The notes under the pieces were generated by a model. That model had not been told where the DNA came from, did no database searches, and saw only the letters and a list, made by a program, of their open reading frames with translations. The position numbers and the translations under genes are program-made. Positions 1 through 11,394 of a DNA stretch of 64,000 nt are shown piece by piece. Numbering within the stretch: position 1 is the first letter of the stretch; each line of letters begins with the position of its first letter. The stretch covers positions 310,001 through 374,000 of the forward strand of contig NW_003314369.1 of assembly GCF_000143415.4 (NCBI RefSeq), read 5' to 3'. The stretch comes from Selaginella moellendorffii. Taxonomy: Eukaryota; Plantae; Lycopodiophyta.

Positions 1-325
1 TATAGCAGTCCCTAAGGCTTCCTACCACACAAATCCCTGTAGCATGCCGGATAGCCAATCGACTCAAAGCTTATTCCGTGCTGTTGCAAGGATCTAGCTA
101 GGGCTTGAGATAATCTCCTAGAGCATCAACGCTGGCTAGCAGCCATTTGCAGTTTCCTCCCCAATGATCCAATTGGCCAAGGGAATCCACCTTCCATGCA
201 CGAGACAGCAGAGACCGGTGCCCCGAACTTCGGGTAATCTCTATCCCAGACCAAGAATGCGGACTCGACTCACATTGTCGCTCGGCTCGGCGTCCTCCAT
301 GAACTCGAGGGCAAGCTCGCCGTCA
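1..325 (-). pseudogene. Decayed older CRN-like paralog fragment downstream of copy 1 (continues beyond window start)
   Basis: Inverted copy of 26700-27032. The minus strand encodes broken pieces such as VSCMEGGFP, LANWII and LASVDALGDYLK, resembling ISCMKASHSGFP, LAAWIT and LASIEALADYVK of the intact gene. Confidence 0.6.
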
Positions 326-535
326 CGCGGCCCGTACTATAAACCCCGTATCCAGATCGATCCGGACAATCACGTGATCATTGGTACGTGCCGTACCGTT
401 GGTCCCAATGACGGAACGAATCAATCAATCCCTTGGTGTGGAGGACACAAAGACGCTATCCAACAATTTCATTTCATATATTGCCCTTGTCATCGACGAA
501 AGCGTTCCATGAGTAATCTGTCTCCGCCAACAAAA

Positions 536-2776
536 CTACAGATAAGTCAGCGGAAGCATGCGTCTCACAATGCGCTGCTCCCCATCGGTCATGTGGAGCA
601 AGTATTCAGCGCTCCCAACTTTCAACACATCTAGCAGTTTGTCGGCAGTGGCTTGGGTGAGAAACGGAAACAACTCGGAAGATAGCCCATACACGACTAT
701 GGTCCGGTTGGCAGCACCTTCAACAACGATACGATGCTCAGGGGAGCCGAGCTGTAAAATGATACCGAGCATAAAGTTCACTCCACCAACACCAGCCTCG
801 AGCTTTCCAACCGCTCTCCTCATCTTTGTGGAGTTGTTGCTTTCCCAGCGCTTCGCCTGAATCCCAATTGGACCGCCAGTGCTTGGGACAATGTTGTCCA
901 CGGCTTCCTGTCCAGGCTTGCACGTCAGCGCTCGAATGTGCTGCAGGCACTCGTTGATCAGGCCGCGCTCCAAGTTCCTATAAGTTGGCGAGAAGCCGTT
1001 GAAGTTGAGCCCCGCATCAAGGTCCACTGTGCCGGCTAGACCGTGAGGAACTTTTCCCAGCAGTTTTGACAGGAATGCTCCCAGCTTTATCTCTCCCGTG
1101 AACGTGGCATCGCCCGTGTCCCTGCGACACGCTAGCATCGCCAGTAGCAGCAGTAACCTGGTGACAATTTCCCCGCGGGGGCCCCCTGTTACCACTCCTT
1201 CCTTGCACATCTTGGAGAGCTCGCCGAGGACTTCGTTTAGTGTCACCTCCTGAAGCAAAAACCCTGCTGCGGCCGCCGCAAGAACAGGTTCTGCGGCATT
1301 CGAGACATGAAGCCGTCGCCGGTCGTCAGAAATCCAGCAAGCTGTCATCATGTGAGAAGCCACACTCGTCTCCGCTGCTTCGGACCATGACGCAACATCC
1401 AGGCCGATGGTACAGCCGAGAATAGCAATCACGGTTGCATCTGTTACTCCGCCAGAACAGTTGAGCTTGTCCACTGCAAGTAAACGTAAGCCCTTGAAAG
1501 TGTACCCTTTGTCCATAAAAGCTCGCCACAGGGGTCTTCCTAGGCGGAAGACGCTTTCTGGGGATCCGGACGAGAGATCCCCAGGCACAGCAGCAGTGGC
1601 CGTTAGCCAAAACGGCTTGAACAGTTTATAGTCTCGAGCCCGCACCTTTCTGGTGGGATCCATCGCCTTGGATGGCACGAAGTCCAATAGTCGCGAATTG
1701 GTACCAAGTACTAGAGCCCACAGACCAAACTCTGCTTTACCCAGGACCCGCCTCAGCAGTGTAAATGCCGTATCCATGCCACCCTCCAGTTCCAGCTCCG
1801 CCAGCTCGCTAGCCTCGTCAAAACAAAACAGGACCTTGAGGCGTTGATCCGGTCGTTGCGCAATACCATCGAAAGCAATACCATCCAAAGGCAAGTCTCG
1901 GAGAGCAGTCTTTAATGCTTCCCCAACAGCATTGTATGTGTGAGACTCTCTACTGAGGTACTCTGTCGTGCGTCTTTCAAACGTCCTGGGCAAAGCAGCA
2001 GCCTTTGCAGCTGCAGATGCTTCAAGACGCAATGTACAGGCTTGGAGTCGACTTGCTATGTCGTTCGCTACAGGAAAGCCACGGGTGGGATCCGTCTGGT
2101 CGAGGATCCAGCAATGAGGATCGCCACCTCCTTTGACATAATCCGCGAGAGCCTCAATGCTGGCGAGCAAAAGCGCAGCCATCCGCAGTACTGTTAGCTG
2201 CTTGCCTTGAGTAATCCATGCAGCCAAGTGTGGAGTCTGGCCGGGAAATCCGGAGTGGCTGGCCTTCATGCACGAAATGTAGATGATGTACAAGCCCTTC
2301 CGGTGGAGCTCAAAAGCCAGCCTTGACTTACCCCAGCCGCTACTCTGCACAATAGCAAACAACGGTGCCATGTAAGCGTTGCCGAGCGCCCAAGTCCAAT
2401 AATCCCTCTTGATTTTGGACCAAAGCTCTTCCAGTACGTCCTCGTCCTCAAGAGGATACTCGAAGAAGGCTGCTCGCGCTGCGTCCTGGCCAGCCACCTC
2501 GTCGACTGCTACTGCGCCTCTCATGTCAGTCGTGTTATCGTCACTTTGGTCGCCCTCCTCAATGGATTCCACAACAGCCATGAACTCCTCCTTATCACAA
2601 CATTCTGCCAGCCGATGTCGCTCGGGCCACACCAGCATGGCCGCGGTGGTGGCATATTCGCCGTATACAAATCGCTTCACCCACCTAGAAACACCGTGTG
2701 GGCTCCGGAAGTCTTCCGCAACTGGCAAGGTGAAACCCTGTGCAGCCTCGAAGATCTGCCTCGTTCGCCTCCCCAT
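536..2776 (-). CDS. Crinkler(CRN/CR)-like effector-family protein, copy 1: P-loop NTPase + C-terminal PD-(D/E)xK-type (REase-fold) nuclease, 746 aa, intronless, intact
   Basis: Single 746-aa ORF. Walker A variant AIVQSSGWGKSRL (nt ~2321-2350), Walker B VLFCFDEA (~1811-1830), sensor-like LVLGTN, GRPLW motif. C-terminal GPRGEIVTRLLLL helix and PGQEAVD..IGIQAK (D..QxK) nuclease-like motif (~851-909). GC- and CpG-rich relative to the flanks. Family assignment is by motif recognition only. Confidence 0.8.
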   Translation of the reverse strand: MGRRTRQIFEAAQGFTLPVAEDFRSPHGVSRWVKRFVYGEYATTAAMLVWPERHRLAECCDKEEFMAVVESIEEGDQSDDNTTDMRGAVAVDEVAGQDAARAAFFEYPLEDEDVLEELWSKIKRDYWTWALGNAYMAPLFAIVQSSGWGKSRLAFELHRKGLYIIYISCMKASHSGFPGQTPHLAAWITQGKQLTVLRMAALLLASIEALADYVKGGGDPHCWILDQTDPTRGFPVANDIASRLQACTLRLEASAAAKAAALPRTFERRTTEYLSRESHTYNAVGEALKTALRDLPLDGIAFDGIAQRPDQRLKVLFCFDEASELAELELEGGMDTAFTLLRRVLGKAEFGLWALVLGTNSRLLDFVPSKAMDPTRKVRARDYKLFKPFWLTATAAVPGDLSSGSPESVFRLGRPLWRAFMDKGYTFKGLRLLAVDKLNCSGGVTDATVIAILGCTIGLDVASWSEAAETSVASHMMTACWISDDRRRLHVSNAAEPVLAAAAAGFLLQEVTLNEVLGELSKMCKEGVVTGGPRGEIVTRLLLLLAMLACRRDTGDATFTGEIKLGAFLSKLLGKVPHGLAGTVDLDAGLNFNGFSPTYRNLERGLINECLQHIRALTCKPGQEAVDNIVPSTGGPIGIQAKRWESNNSTKMRRAVGKLEAGVGGVNFMLGIILQLGSPEHRIVVEGAANRTIVVYGLSSELFPFLTQATADKLLDVLKVGSAEYLLHMTDGEQRIVRRMLPLTYL

Positions 2777-3144
2777 AGTCCCTTTTTAGGGTACTTGGAA
2801 ATACTTTTAATGTCTCTTTAAAGCCTTACATTCAAACTACATTTTTAGAATGTTTTTTAAAATGTTTTCATAAACTTTTGTGGCAGTAGCCAACGCTCAT
2901 ACACAATTTGCAACTTTATTTTTCCCATATCCATTGCAGCCTAAAACAGCAAAGCCAGTCCCCTATTGCTTAAGCAAACCACATTGACCGTAGATATTCT
3001 GATGTTCTCTCAAGACACGTGGATGTCTTCTAGGCAGTAGAATTCTCGCAAATAGAAAGAAATTTTGATCTAGCAATTTGCAGCCAGCATTTTGTGTTAG
3101 TGATGTCCATTTTCATTTTAAAATGTGGTAACATCTGGGATGGT

Positions 3145-3947
3145 AGTGAATATACCTAGAATATATTGGATATTCTAGAATATTTTACCATCTAATGGTT
3201 GTTATTCATTTAGATTAATCTTGTATTTATAATTTATAAAATTTCTTAAACCCTTTCTAGTATATTCTTTTTTATTCTATCATCTAATGGTTGATATGCA
3301 ATAAGATTAATCTTGTGTTTATAAATTACAAACATGTTTATAATTTGATTAATTAGATTAATAATTAAGAATAACACTACTATTAAGCAAACCAAACATT
3401 GCTCCATGCAACACATAGCAATTTTTTCTTAATCTAGAAGAATGTAAAAATATGGTCAAAAAAGAACATAATCAGAAAACCTTACACGATCTAGACGAGA
3501 GATTTTGAGCTTGGCAGCTGCCACTGAAACCCACTACTGCTGTGAATTAGAAACCTTGTTGTGCAAGAAATCTGAGGTATCCCAAATCAGAAATATAGAT
3601 CCTTATATTTTTATTTACAATGTTCAAGGATGCTAATATGCTGCATGTAAGATGCAGCAAATGATGTTTGAAAAGAAAAATATTCAGCTTAATTAATACT
3701 TACTATTTCATGCTACTTCGTTTGCTTAATAGTTGTGTATTAACTATTATTAATTCAATTGACAAATAGAAGTTAATAATGATAAAATGTTTTAATTTAT
3801 AAACACAGGATTAAAATATACCATTAGATAGTAGAATAAACTAGAATATACTTAGAAGTGTTTACAAATTATAAATATACAAGATTATCTAAATGAATAT
3901 TAACAGAATATCCCAGAATTTCCAAGCATATTCTAAGCACATCCACT
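3145..3947. mobile_element. AT-rich foldback / MULE-like non-autonomous element with ~240-bp imperfect inverted arms
   Basis: 3145-3395 aligns to the reverse complement of 3715-3947. Shared blocks include tattcatttagat, aatcttgta, tatattct, atctaatggt, tgtgtttataaatta and actattaagcaaac. No TSD identified. Confidence 0.55.
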
Positions 3948-3966
3948 TAACTAAAACACACTATAA

Positions 3967-4798
3967 TTTCAGTCTCTCTCCACCTAGCTAGCAATGATAT
4001 GGCATGATTACATGGCACTTCTCTCTTTCCATTTCCAATCACTTTAACTTAGACCAAAGTCTCTTTCAGAGGACAGAGAAGGGAGAAAAGAGGGTTCTTT
4101 TCCTTTGCATCCAATGTCAACCAGTGTGTATGTATCTCTTTGCTTTGCTTATCAGGATTGGTAGACTTTGGGATACCCTCTTCTCTAGGGGGTTTTAGAT
4201 TCTTCTCTGGAGTGTAATTGATGGTTGACCCAAGCTGCAGCAGTAGGAGCAGCTAGATTGGAAGTGCTCTTTTTTTTTGCTCTCAAGAGGTAGCAATAAT
4301 GATCATATGGAGGTTTCTATAAGTTTGTGAAGCTTAGTGGTACTGTTAGCTTTGACATTATGGAATATGGGCATGCTCCTCATCTTTGCACAGCCTGGAG
4401 CTCATAACTATTGCTACATAGTCTTCTCCTTTTGGATCATCCTTAGTTTTATTTTTCCAATGGATGCCTTGCAAGCTTGTAAGCATGCTCTTAGGGATCC
4501 ATCGAAACTTCACAAGTGGATGGATGATGATCCTTGCTCAGCTTTGTCATCATGGAGAGGAATCAAATGTGGTGGAGATAACCATGTTGTTGTCTCATTG
4601 TTCAAGTTCTTTTCTTTCTCTGTGAAGAACAAACAATGGAATTTTTTTTTTCCAAACTCTAGGACATCAAAGAAAGTGCCAGTCAAAAGCCAAGAAAGAC
4701 CACAGTCGTTGGACGGACAAATGCAGACAGGAGTGGAAAGAGAGAAGTGCCATGAAATCATGCCACATCATTGCCAGCTAGGTGGAGAGAGACTGAAA
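3967..4798. mobile_element. Pack-type TIR element (65-bp TIRs) carrying a host gene fragment
   Basis: 3967-4031 equals the reverse complement of 4734-4798 with 3 mismatches in 65 bp. The interior holds an LRR N-cap fragment. No clear TSD. Confidence 0.7.
4460..4590 (+). pseudogene. Captured fragment of a plant LRR receptor-like kinase/protein: LRR N-terminal cap (LRRNT_2-like)
   Basis: MDALQACKHALRDPSKLHKWMDDDPCSALSSWRGIKCGGDNHVV matches the plant cap pattern ALxxxKxxLxDP..LxxW...DPC...WxGVxC. No LRRs or kinase follow. Confidence 0.75.
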
Positions 4799-5114
4799 CA
4801 GGATGGTACAATATATATCACCATAAAAAACAGAACAATATCTGTTCAGTTAATGAAACTCTACCCTAATAAGAATAGTGGTTGTTGGTTATTTTGTGTC
4901 AGTTTTGATTTATCTGTAACATTAGAATCATCTAGGTTCTTGGAGTATCTGTATTCATTGTGTTCTTCTATTAATATTTTTTTTAATGAAAAATAAATGT
5001 TCAATTTGATTAATAGTTTATGCTTTGTTATAATTGTAATATTGTAAATATAGATGAAAATATTATGATTTACCAAGCAAGTAAATATTTGATGGATACA
5101 AACCTTAAATATTC

Positions 5115-5655
5115 ATTTTTAGCATGTGCAACTTTTGGCACTCATGCCATCCTATTACATGTTTCAGCCCAAACCTCAAAAGAAGAAAATGTTAAGCTCG
5201 CCACTACTTTTATTTGTTCCATAGCTAAAATTCTACTTGCACTCAAATGACATAATAATACATGTTTTTTAGGTTTTTTCTTGCCTATCTAAGAGTATAT
5301 AACCACTAGGAACAGAAAGGTTCTATCTACCTCCATACTCCTAAAAGTGGCTAGGATAAATAAGAAAATATATATGAAGGCAATTGTATGTTATAATGGT
5401 ATAAAAAATTAGTAAAAAAATAAAACTTATAGAGTTTTATTTACTAAAATCAATTATATTTTGGCAAAATATTTTGTAAGTAGTTTAGAAATATCACAAA
5501 ACTAGTTTAGAAAGTAATCAAATGCTTATATATAAATTATGAGGTACTTTTAGGGTACTTTTCATTATTTTTTTATTACTTTCATATACTAATATAATGT
5601 ACAATCGTTATGAACTAATGCTAGGCTTTAAGAAAATCATTAATCTTTCATTATT
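5115..5655 (-). repeat. Diverged homolog of the upstream region shared with CRN copies 2 and 3
   Basis: Reverse complement matches 23670-23955 and ~62830-63110 (e.g. tttgagtgcaagta..agctatggaacaaa; ctaatgctaggctttaag), interrupted by AT-rich DNA at ~5345-5610. Confidence 0.65.
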
Positions 5656-6549
5656 AAGAGTGCCCCCCCTTTTTTAATCGGTGGTATTTGGGTTAAACAT
5701 CCTTAAATTTAAATAGTACTGGGTTAGTGCAAGCCACAAATTTTTCCTTTCCAATTTGCTAGTTTACCTCGTCTATCTGATCACCATTGCTTTGGTTTTA
5801 GTTAACTTTGGTTTTAGTTAAGTGCCCTCACTAAAGTTCCTGCTTATTGTACTAGTTTTTACTTGGTTTTAGCTACTCACTACATGAGACATGTAACCAA
5901 ACATAAGTAGCAAGTCTTTAGATTCCTAACATCCCTTAGTATAATAAAACTTGATCATGGGTCAAAGCCTTTGTAATCTTTTGAATTTGGACTTTCTAAG
6001 ATGTCACCCAACCTAGTGCTATTCAAACCCAAGAACGCTTAACCCCAAGTATCCCAAGACCCTTAATCAATTAGAAAAGGGGGTGCACTCTTATTCATAG
6101 GCCCTTTCCCTTTATATTTAAACTCTATAGATCGTCTTTTAAATCATTCTTTTTGATTGTTAATAGCCCCTAAGAAGGAGTAAAGACTAATGAGCCCCAA
6201 AGTAATTAAGTGGGGCACCACTCCACATGAATTAAGAGCCTTATAATTGATTTCCCTTCTAGAAGTGGGAGTTACTCTTGAGCATTTCCTTTGGTGGCCT
6301 TTTTGGCACCACCCAACTCCATGCTCACTCCCACCCAAGGCCCTTAACCCCTAATCTCAACCTTAAGTCAATTTGGAAGTATAACTGAAGAGTTATTTCA
6401 AAATTGGTTCTTGGACCTCACTATCCCTATTATACTTTTGGAACCCCCTGCAACCCCTTTGGCCTCGAACTTGGTTTCAAACTTGATTTTAGACTTGATT
6501 TTGGACTCGATCTTGGACTCAACCTTAGACTTGATCTTGGAATCCAAGA

Positions 6550-7794
6550 CCATTTACATCATAATCCCATCTTTGAAAGACTAAGCCATCTGTCCATGAA
6601 TGGTCATCCTTTGACCACAGCTTAGCACCCTTAAGATGCCTAAAGACATAGGGAACACCCTCCCCCAATACCCCTTCATTTGTCCCCATCAAGTCCTTCT
6701 TCATCCATAGTAGTGCTCATAAACACTACCACTAAGTCAAGGCTTATAGGCCCAACCACTAAGTCCCACTGTCCTTTGGGACTTCCTCACCATGTGACAA
6801 TAACTACACTAGAGGATTACTTTTCTTCCTTTCCATAATCTAGGATTTTAAAACAACGTTTTGGAACATTATAGCTTTACGTAAGCTCTATGGGTACTCT
6901 CCCCATCTTTCACTTTTAAGTGCTTTAGCAATAGAGCTAAAGCGAGGTTCCATTGAGCCATGCCAGGGATCTAAGTAGGTAGTGCCACTTATACTAGAAG
7001 CATTGACCATTCAATCTCTTGTGGGTGCTAAAGCTAGCTTTTGAACATTTCACCAAGCTACCCCACTTATCAGTCTGTATTCACTTTAGTTTGGGACTTG
7101 AATTTAGTCTTGAACTCAGATTTGGTCTCGGTCTCGGTCTTGTCTCAATCTCCATCTCAGATTCCATATCAAACTCCATCTCAGGTCTATCTCGAACTCT
7201 ATATCATGTCCATCTCGGACTCCACCTTGGGTCCATCTCGGACTCCATTTTAGATCCATCTTGGACTCCATCTTGTATTCATCTTAGACTCCATCTTGGA
7301 TCTATCTCAGACTCCATCTCGAACTCCATCTTGGTCCATCTCAGACTCCTTTTTGGGTCCATTTCGGGTTTATCTCAGACTCCATCTTGAACTCCATCTT
7401 AGTCTATCTCGGACTCCATCTTGGGTCCATCTCGGGTCTATTTCAAACTCCATCTTAAGTCCATTTCGGACTCTATCTTGGATTCTATCTTGGGTCCATC
7501 TCGAACTCCATCTTGGGTTCATCTTGGACTCTATCTTGGGTCCATTTTAAACTCCATCTTAACATTTCCATGTATTATGTATTGGTCTTTTTATATCCCT
7601 TTTCTAAAAACTCGCTTATTGCTTATTTCGTGTTTGTTCCTTGACTATTTCATTGAGAATTTCACTCCCGCTCTTAACTTTTCAAGTTAGAGATTTTAGT
7701 CCAAATGTGTTATGCTTGTTTGAATTCTACTTCGGCCACTACCATGTAGCACCCTTTTGGCTCCACTTTGGGGCTTAGGGATTTATGTCTCATA
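6550..7794 (-). mobile_element. Family-B LTR fragment (minus orientation)
   Basis: Contains the family-B 12-bp tandem array (ggactccatctt) and ends tgtctcata, the reverse complement of the TGTGAGACA LTR start. Confidence 0.7.
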
Positions 7795-10450
7795 GAAGAA
7801 TCATTAATGATCGATATAATTTAAATTTAAATTCAATAAGGAATCAACAACTTCCATATCGATCACTAACTCTTTCTTTTGCATAGTTAGTACAATTTAT
7901 AACTAAATCACTTTTCAAGAAAATATTAAAGCTCAACCCCTACTAAACAATTTTGTCTAGAACATAACTAACCCGACTTACCACTCAGTTAGTTTGAACA
8001 TTAACATAGTTACTAAATAAAAAATGAACGAATGCTAATGATACAAAGGTAATATTAAACTATCAACACTATCTTCATTTAGACTAATGAAACAAAATGT
8101 TAATATCCAATAAACTCAACTAATCACTAACCATTTGTATCACTATAGATAGAAAATCCAACTTCCTCAATATGCTTATGGAGTAACATTTTGCCTCATT
8201 CCAATCTCAACATTAACAATGTTAACATCAAAGCATCACTTCAATGTTTTTAACACCAAAACAAAACTAGAAAAAAGCAAGAGTGAATCTTTAATAACCA
8301 AATCAATTAAAGGTTGAAGATACTTGATTCAATATTCAAGACCAAACCTTCAACAATATTCAACTATAGATAATATATCATTAAGGAGTGATTCACTATG
8401 TCTAATACTCAATAAAATCCAACATCATGGAATAAATACAACCAAATAATATCAATAAAGATGGATTAAAAATCTAATATAAAGAAACTATATAAGTTTA
8501 ACAATATGATCCTCTACAACACCATCCTGTAAAACAAACCTATCACCACTAAATCATCATGAAGTGAAGCAAATATCATCAACCCTTGACAAAGTTTACA
8601 AGCAATCATTAGTTGCAATACAACCAATAATCACTCTTTAACTTGCTGCATAAAACCCAAATACCAAATTCACATCATTAACTTATATATTTTTTTAAGA
8701 GAAAAGTAATAAAACAACATAAAAGATCATAGATAAGTATGGATAAAATAACTACTCAAATCCAATTAAACCACAATAAGTTCATTAACACATATAGCCA
8801 ATAGCTCTAAACATGACCGAAGAGGTTAGCGATATATAATTAACACTCAACTAAAACTAAAGTGAAGGCTATGAGATGGATTTATGTAGGGATACAACCT
8901 CCTAATAAATAAGGCTAATTTTTAAGACTCAATCAACTTCCTCTTATTTATAATTTCATATAGGTTCACCTTAGCATAAATTCTTATGACCCAACAATAT
9001 GCTTAAGCGTCTAACAACATGCCCATATAACTAGCATCCAACACTAACATCTATTATGCTAATGAATATTTAAAATTTGATCATAAAATTCTTCAATCAC
9101 TTTCAAGATTCAATATAAAGCTAAAACACTAACAAGAAAAATGCCATAAAAGTTTAAAATTTAAAGAAATCTCTTCATCACTCAATATAATAATGCCACC
9201 TTCATTAATATAACTGCTAGTAATGTCAATGCTTTAACCACACCTTTACCATCCAGTGAGGTTTTAGAAAGTTGTAGCATTCATTTGCTATAGCTTATTG
9301 GTGAATTCATTAGTATTTGGAATAAATTATTAGGCAAATCATTAAAGAACCAAGGTACCAACATAATAGATCTATTTCGAGAATCTAGTCAAAGTTATTA
9401 TAATGTTACTTTATATAAGTAAATTAGGGTTCCAAGGATCTGTAGTGACAATATATCTAAATTTCATCCTATGATCACATGCACTATAAGTATGGCATTT
9501 ATATTGCATTTTGTTGAATTTAATTGGCACTTAATACTCATATAAACCTTTGAAAGAATAATGTGGGTTAACTCATAGTGTTGCTCAAGTGATAATCAAG
9601 TCATTGTGATATTTATATCATATCTATATGATCATGAGTGATGTGTTTATAGTCAAACAAAGTAGTTAATAATAAAGCTAAGGGATAAATGGGGATAAAA
9701 TAGCCACTAAAAGCTCTTTTATAAAGTAATTACCCAGGATGCACTATATATAGTATTAGAGCAAATGGCACAGGTTCAATTTTGTAGTGCATATGATCAT
9801 GGGATGAAATTTGTATATACTTTCATTGTGAATCCTTATAACCTTAGGGGATAAATAGGGATAAAATAACCACTAAAGGCTTTGTCATTAAGTAATTTCT
9901 CCTTTTGTAATTAGGTTAACGGGAGAGAAATAAAGTGTATTATACTTAATAAAATCTTACAACCGACTTGCATTGTAATTAGGATTANNNNNNNNNNNNN
10001 NNNNNNNNNNNNNNNNNNNNNNNNNNNNNNNNNNNNNNNNNNNNNNNNNNNNNNNNNNNNNNNNNNNNNNNNNNNNNNNNNNNNNNNCTACTTAAACTAA
10101 TAGATTAATCCTTACAATCTTTATTACATCAACTCATAATCCTGTCTAAAAAGGATCCACTAGTTCTAGGACGAATAACTACTATTCACCACTCATAATA
10201 AACCCAGGGGAAATTTACTTTTACCCACGATAATATGGAAAACCATTGATAGGCTAACCTTAAGTTGCTAATATGCCTCACTCACAAACTCAAGTGCAAA
10301 CTTGTATAAATTGTACATCTTAAATCCATTTTATGAGCCCAAGTAAAAGCTCAAATAATATAGCACGAAAAAGGAACCAAAATCCTTACCTATGGAACAT
10401 ATGAGAAGCTATAGGAACCAAATGTGAGCCCACTTGCGTATGCAACAAGA
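7795..10450 (-). mobile_element. Old degenerate internal region of family-A LTR element
   Basis: Reverse complement matches parts of 54700-57920 (e.g. tcttgttgcatacgca, atatcgatcatt, caagtatctt, gtgattcactcttgcttttttcta). Confidence 0.55.
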
Positions 10451-11394
10451 GAAAAAAATGACTCCCGAAAGTATTGCCCAAAGAGCGAAAGGATAAAAGT
10501 ATAGAGTGACATTAGAACTGTTTTAGAGCATCTAACATCTCAATGCTAATACTAACATACAAAATGGAGCCAAATAGAGTTTGGTACTATTTCAGCAGAC
10601 AGGTGACTTCATGTAGCACATGTGAGTATAAGATAAAATTTAAATATATTATCACTATGGATTTTTGGAACTTTGAGGGATAAATAAGGATAAAATAGCC
10701 ATTAAGGTCTTTCTTATCAAACAAGAGTTGGATTAAAGGGAGAGAAATAGAGTGTGTTACATGTGGTATCAAAACAAATAGCATGGGTTCAATTTGAATT
10801 GATTAGTGGTTACTTAAAGTATAATATACCCTTGAGCAAAATATACCTTTAAAATTAAAATCATATGTATTGAGTATATCTTCTGTCTTATAGAGGATTC
10901 ATGAACGAAGGTATCCACTATGGGTCTCCAATATGAATGGATGACTAGTTGACTCATATAGAATAATTGATTTATACAATAGAAAATTAATAGATTTAAT
11001 ATAGAAATGGAGGTGTTGATTCCCTTTAGCATCCCACCCATCCACCACCCCCACAAACCCACACATTTTATAAATAGCCAATAGGATCAAATGGGACTAA
11101 CACATGGGGAATAATAGTAAGAGGGTTTTGATAGATATATTAAAGCTATCACTTAGCAAATAGTGAGGGACCAAGCTCAGTATAGTAGAGGTTTTTGTCA
11201 ACCTAGTGCAAAAAAGAGCAAAAGAGAACTAACAAACTAGGGAAAATATGGTTTGCTAAATAAACATTTAAAGAATTCATTCTTTATGCTTATTTGGCTA
11301 AATATAAATGTTAAGTCTAGTTAATTAACATTTGAGTAAAAAGGATGTTTAGCACTATTAACTTCTTACTATCATGGAAGTAAAAGAAGAATAT

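Noticed and set aside
164-634. 156-aa antisense ORF conserved with 26380-26859 (candidate antitoxin overlapping the CRN 3' end)
   Set aside because: Conservation is explained by the recent duplication, it overlaps a decayed paralog on the other strand, and it has no recognisable domain. Not excluded without stranded RNA-seq.
536-2776. NLR (NB-ARC) resistance gene or bacterial contaminant
   Set aside because: Lacks GMGGxGKT, GLPL and MHD motifs and LRRs. It is embedded in plant TE DNA with shared duplication junctions and decayed paralogs.
558-2821. Multiple short ORFs overlapping the CRN genes on both strands
   Set aside because: Shadow ORFs expected in GC-rich coding DNA.
4337-4996. 219-aa ORF as an intact LRR-RLK gene
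   Set aside because: Only ~44 aa resemble an LRR cap; the ORF runs through the TIR into AT-rich DNA with no LRRs or kinase.
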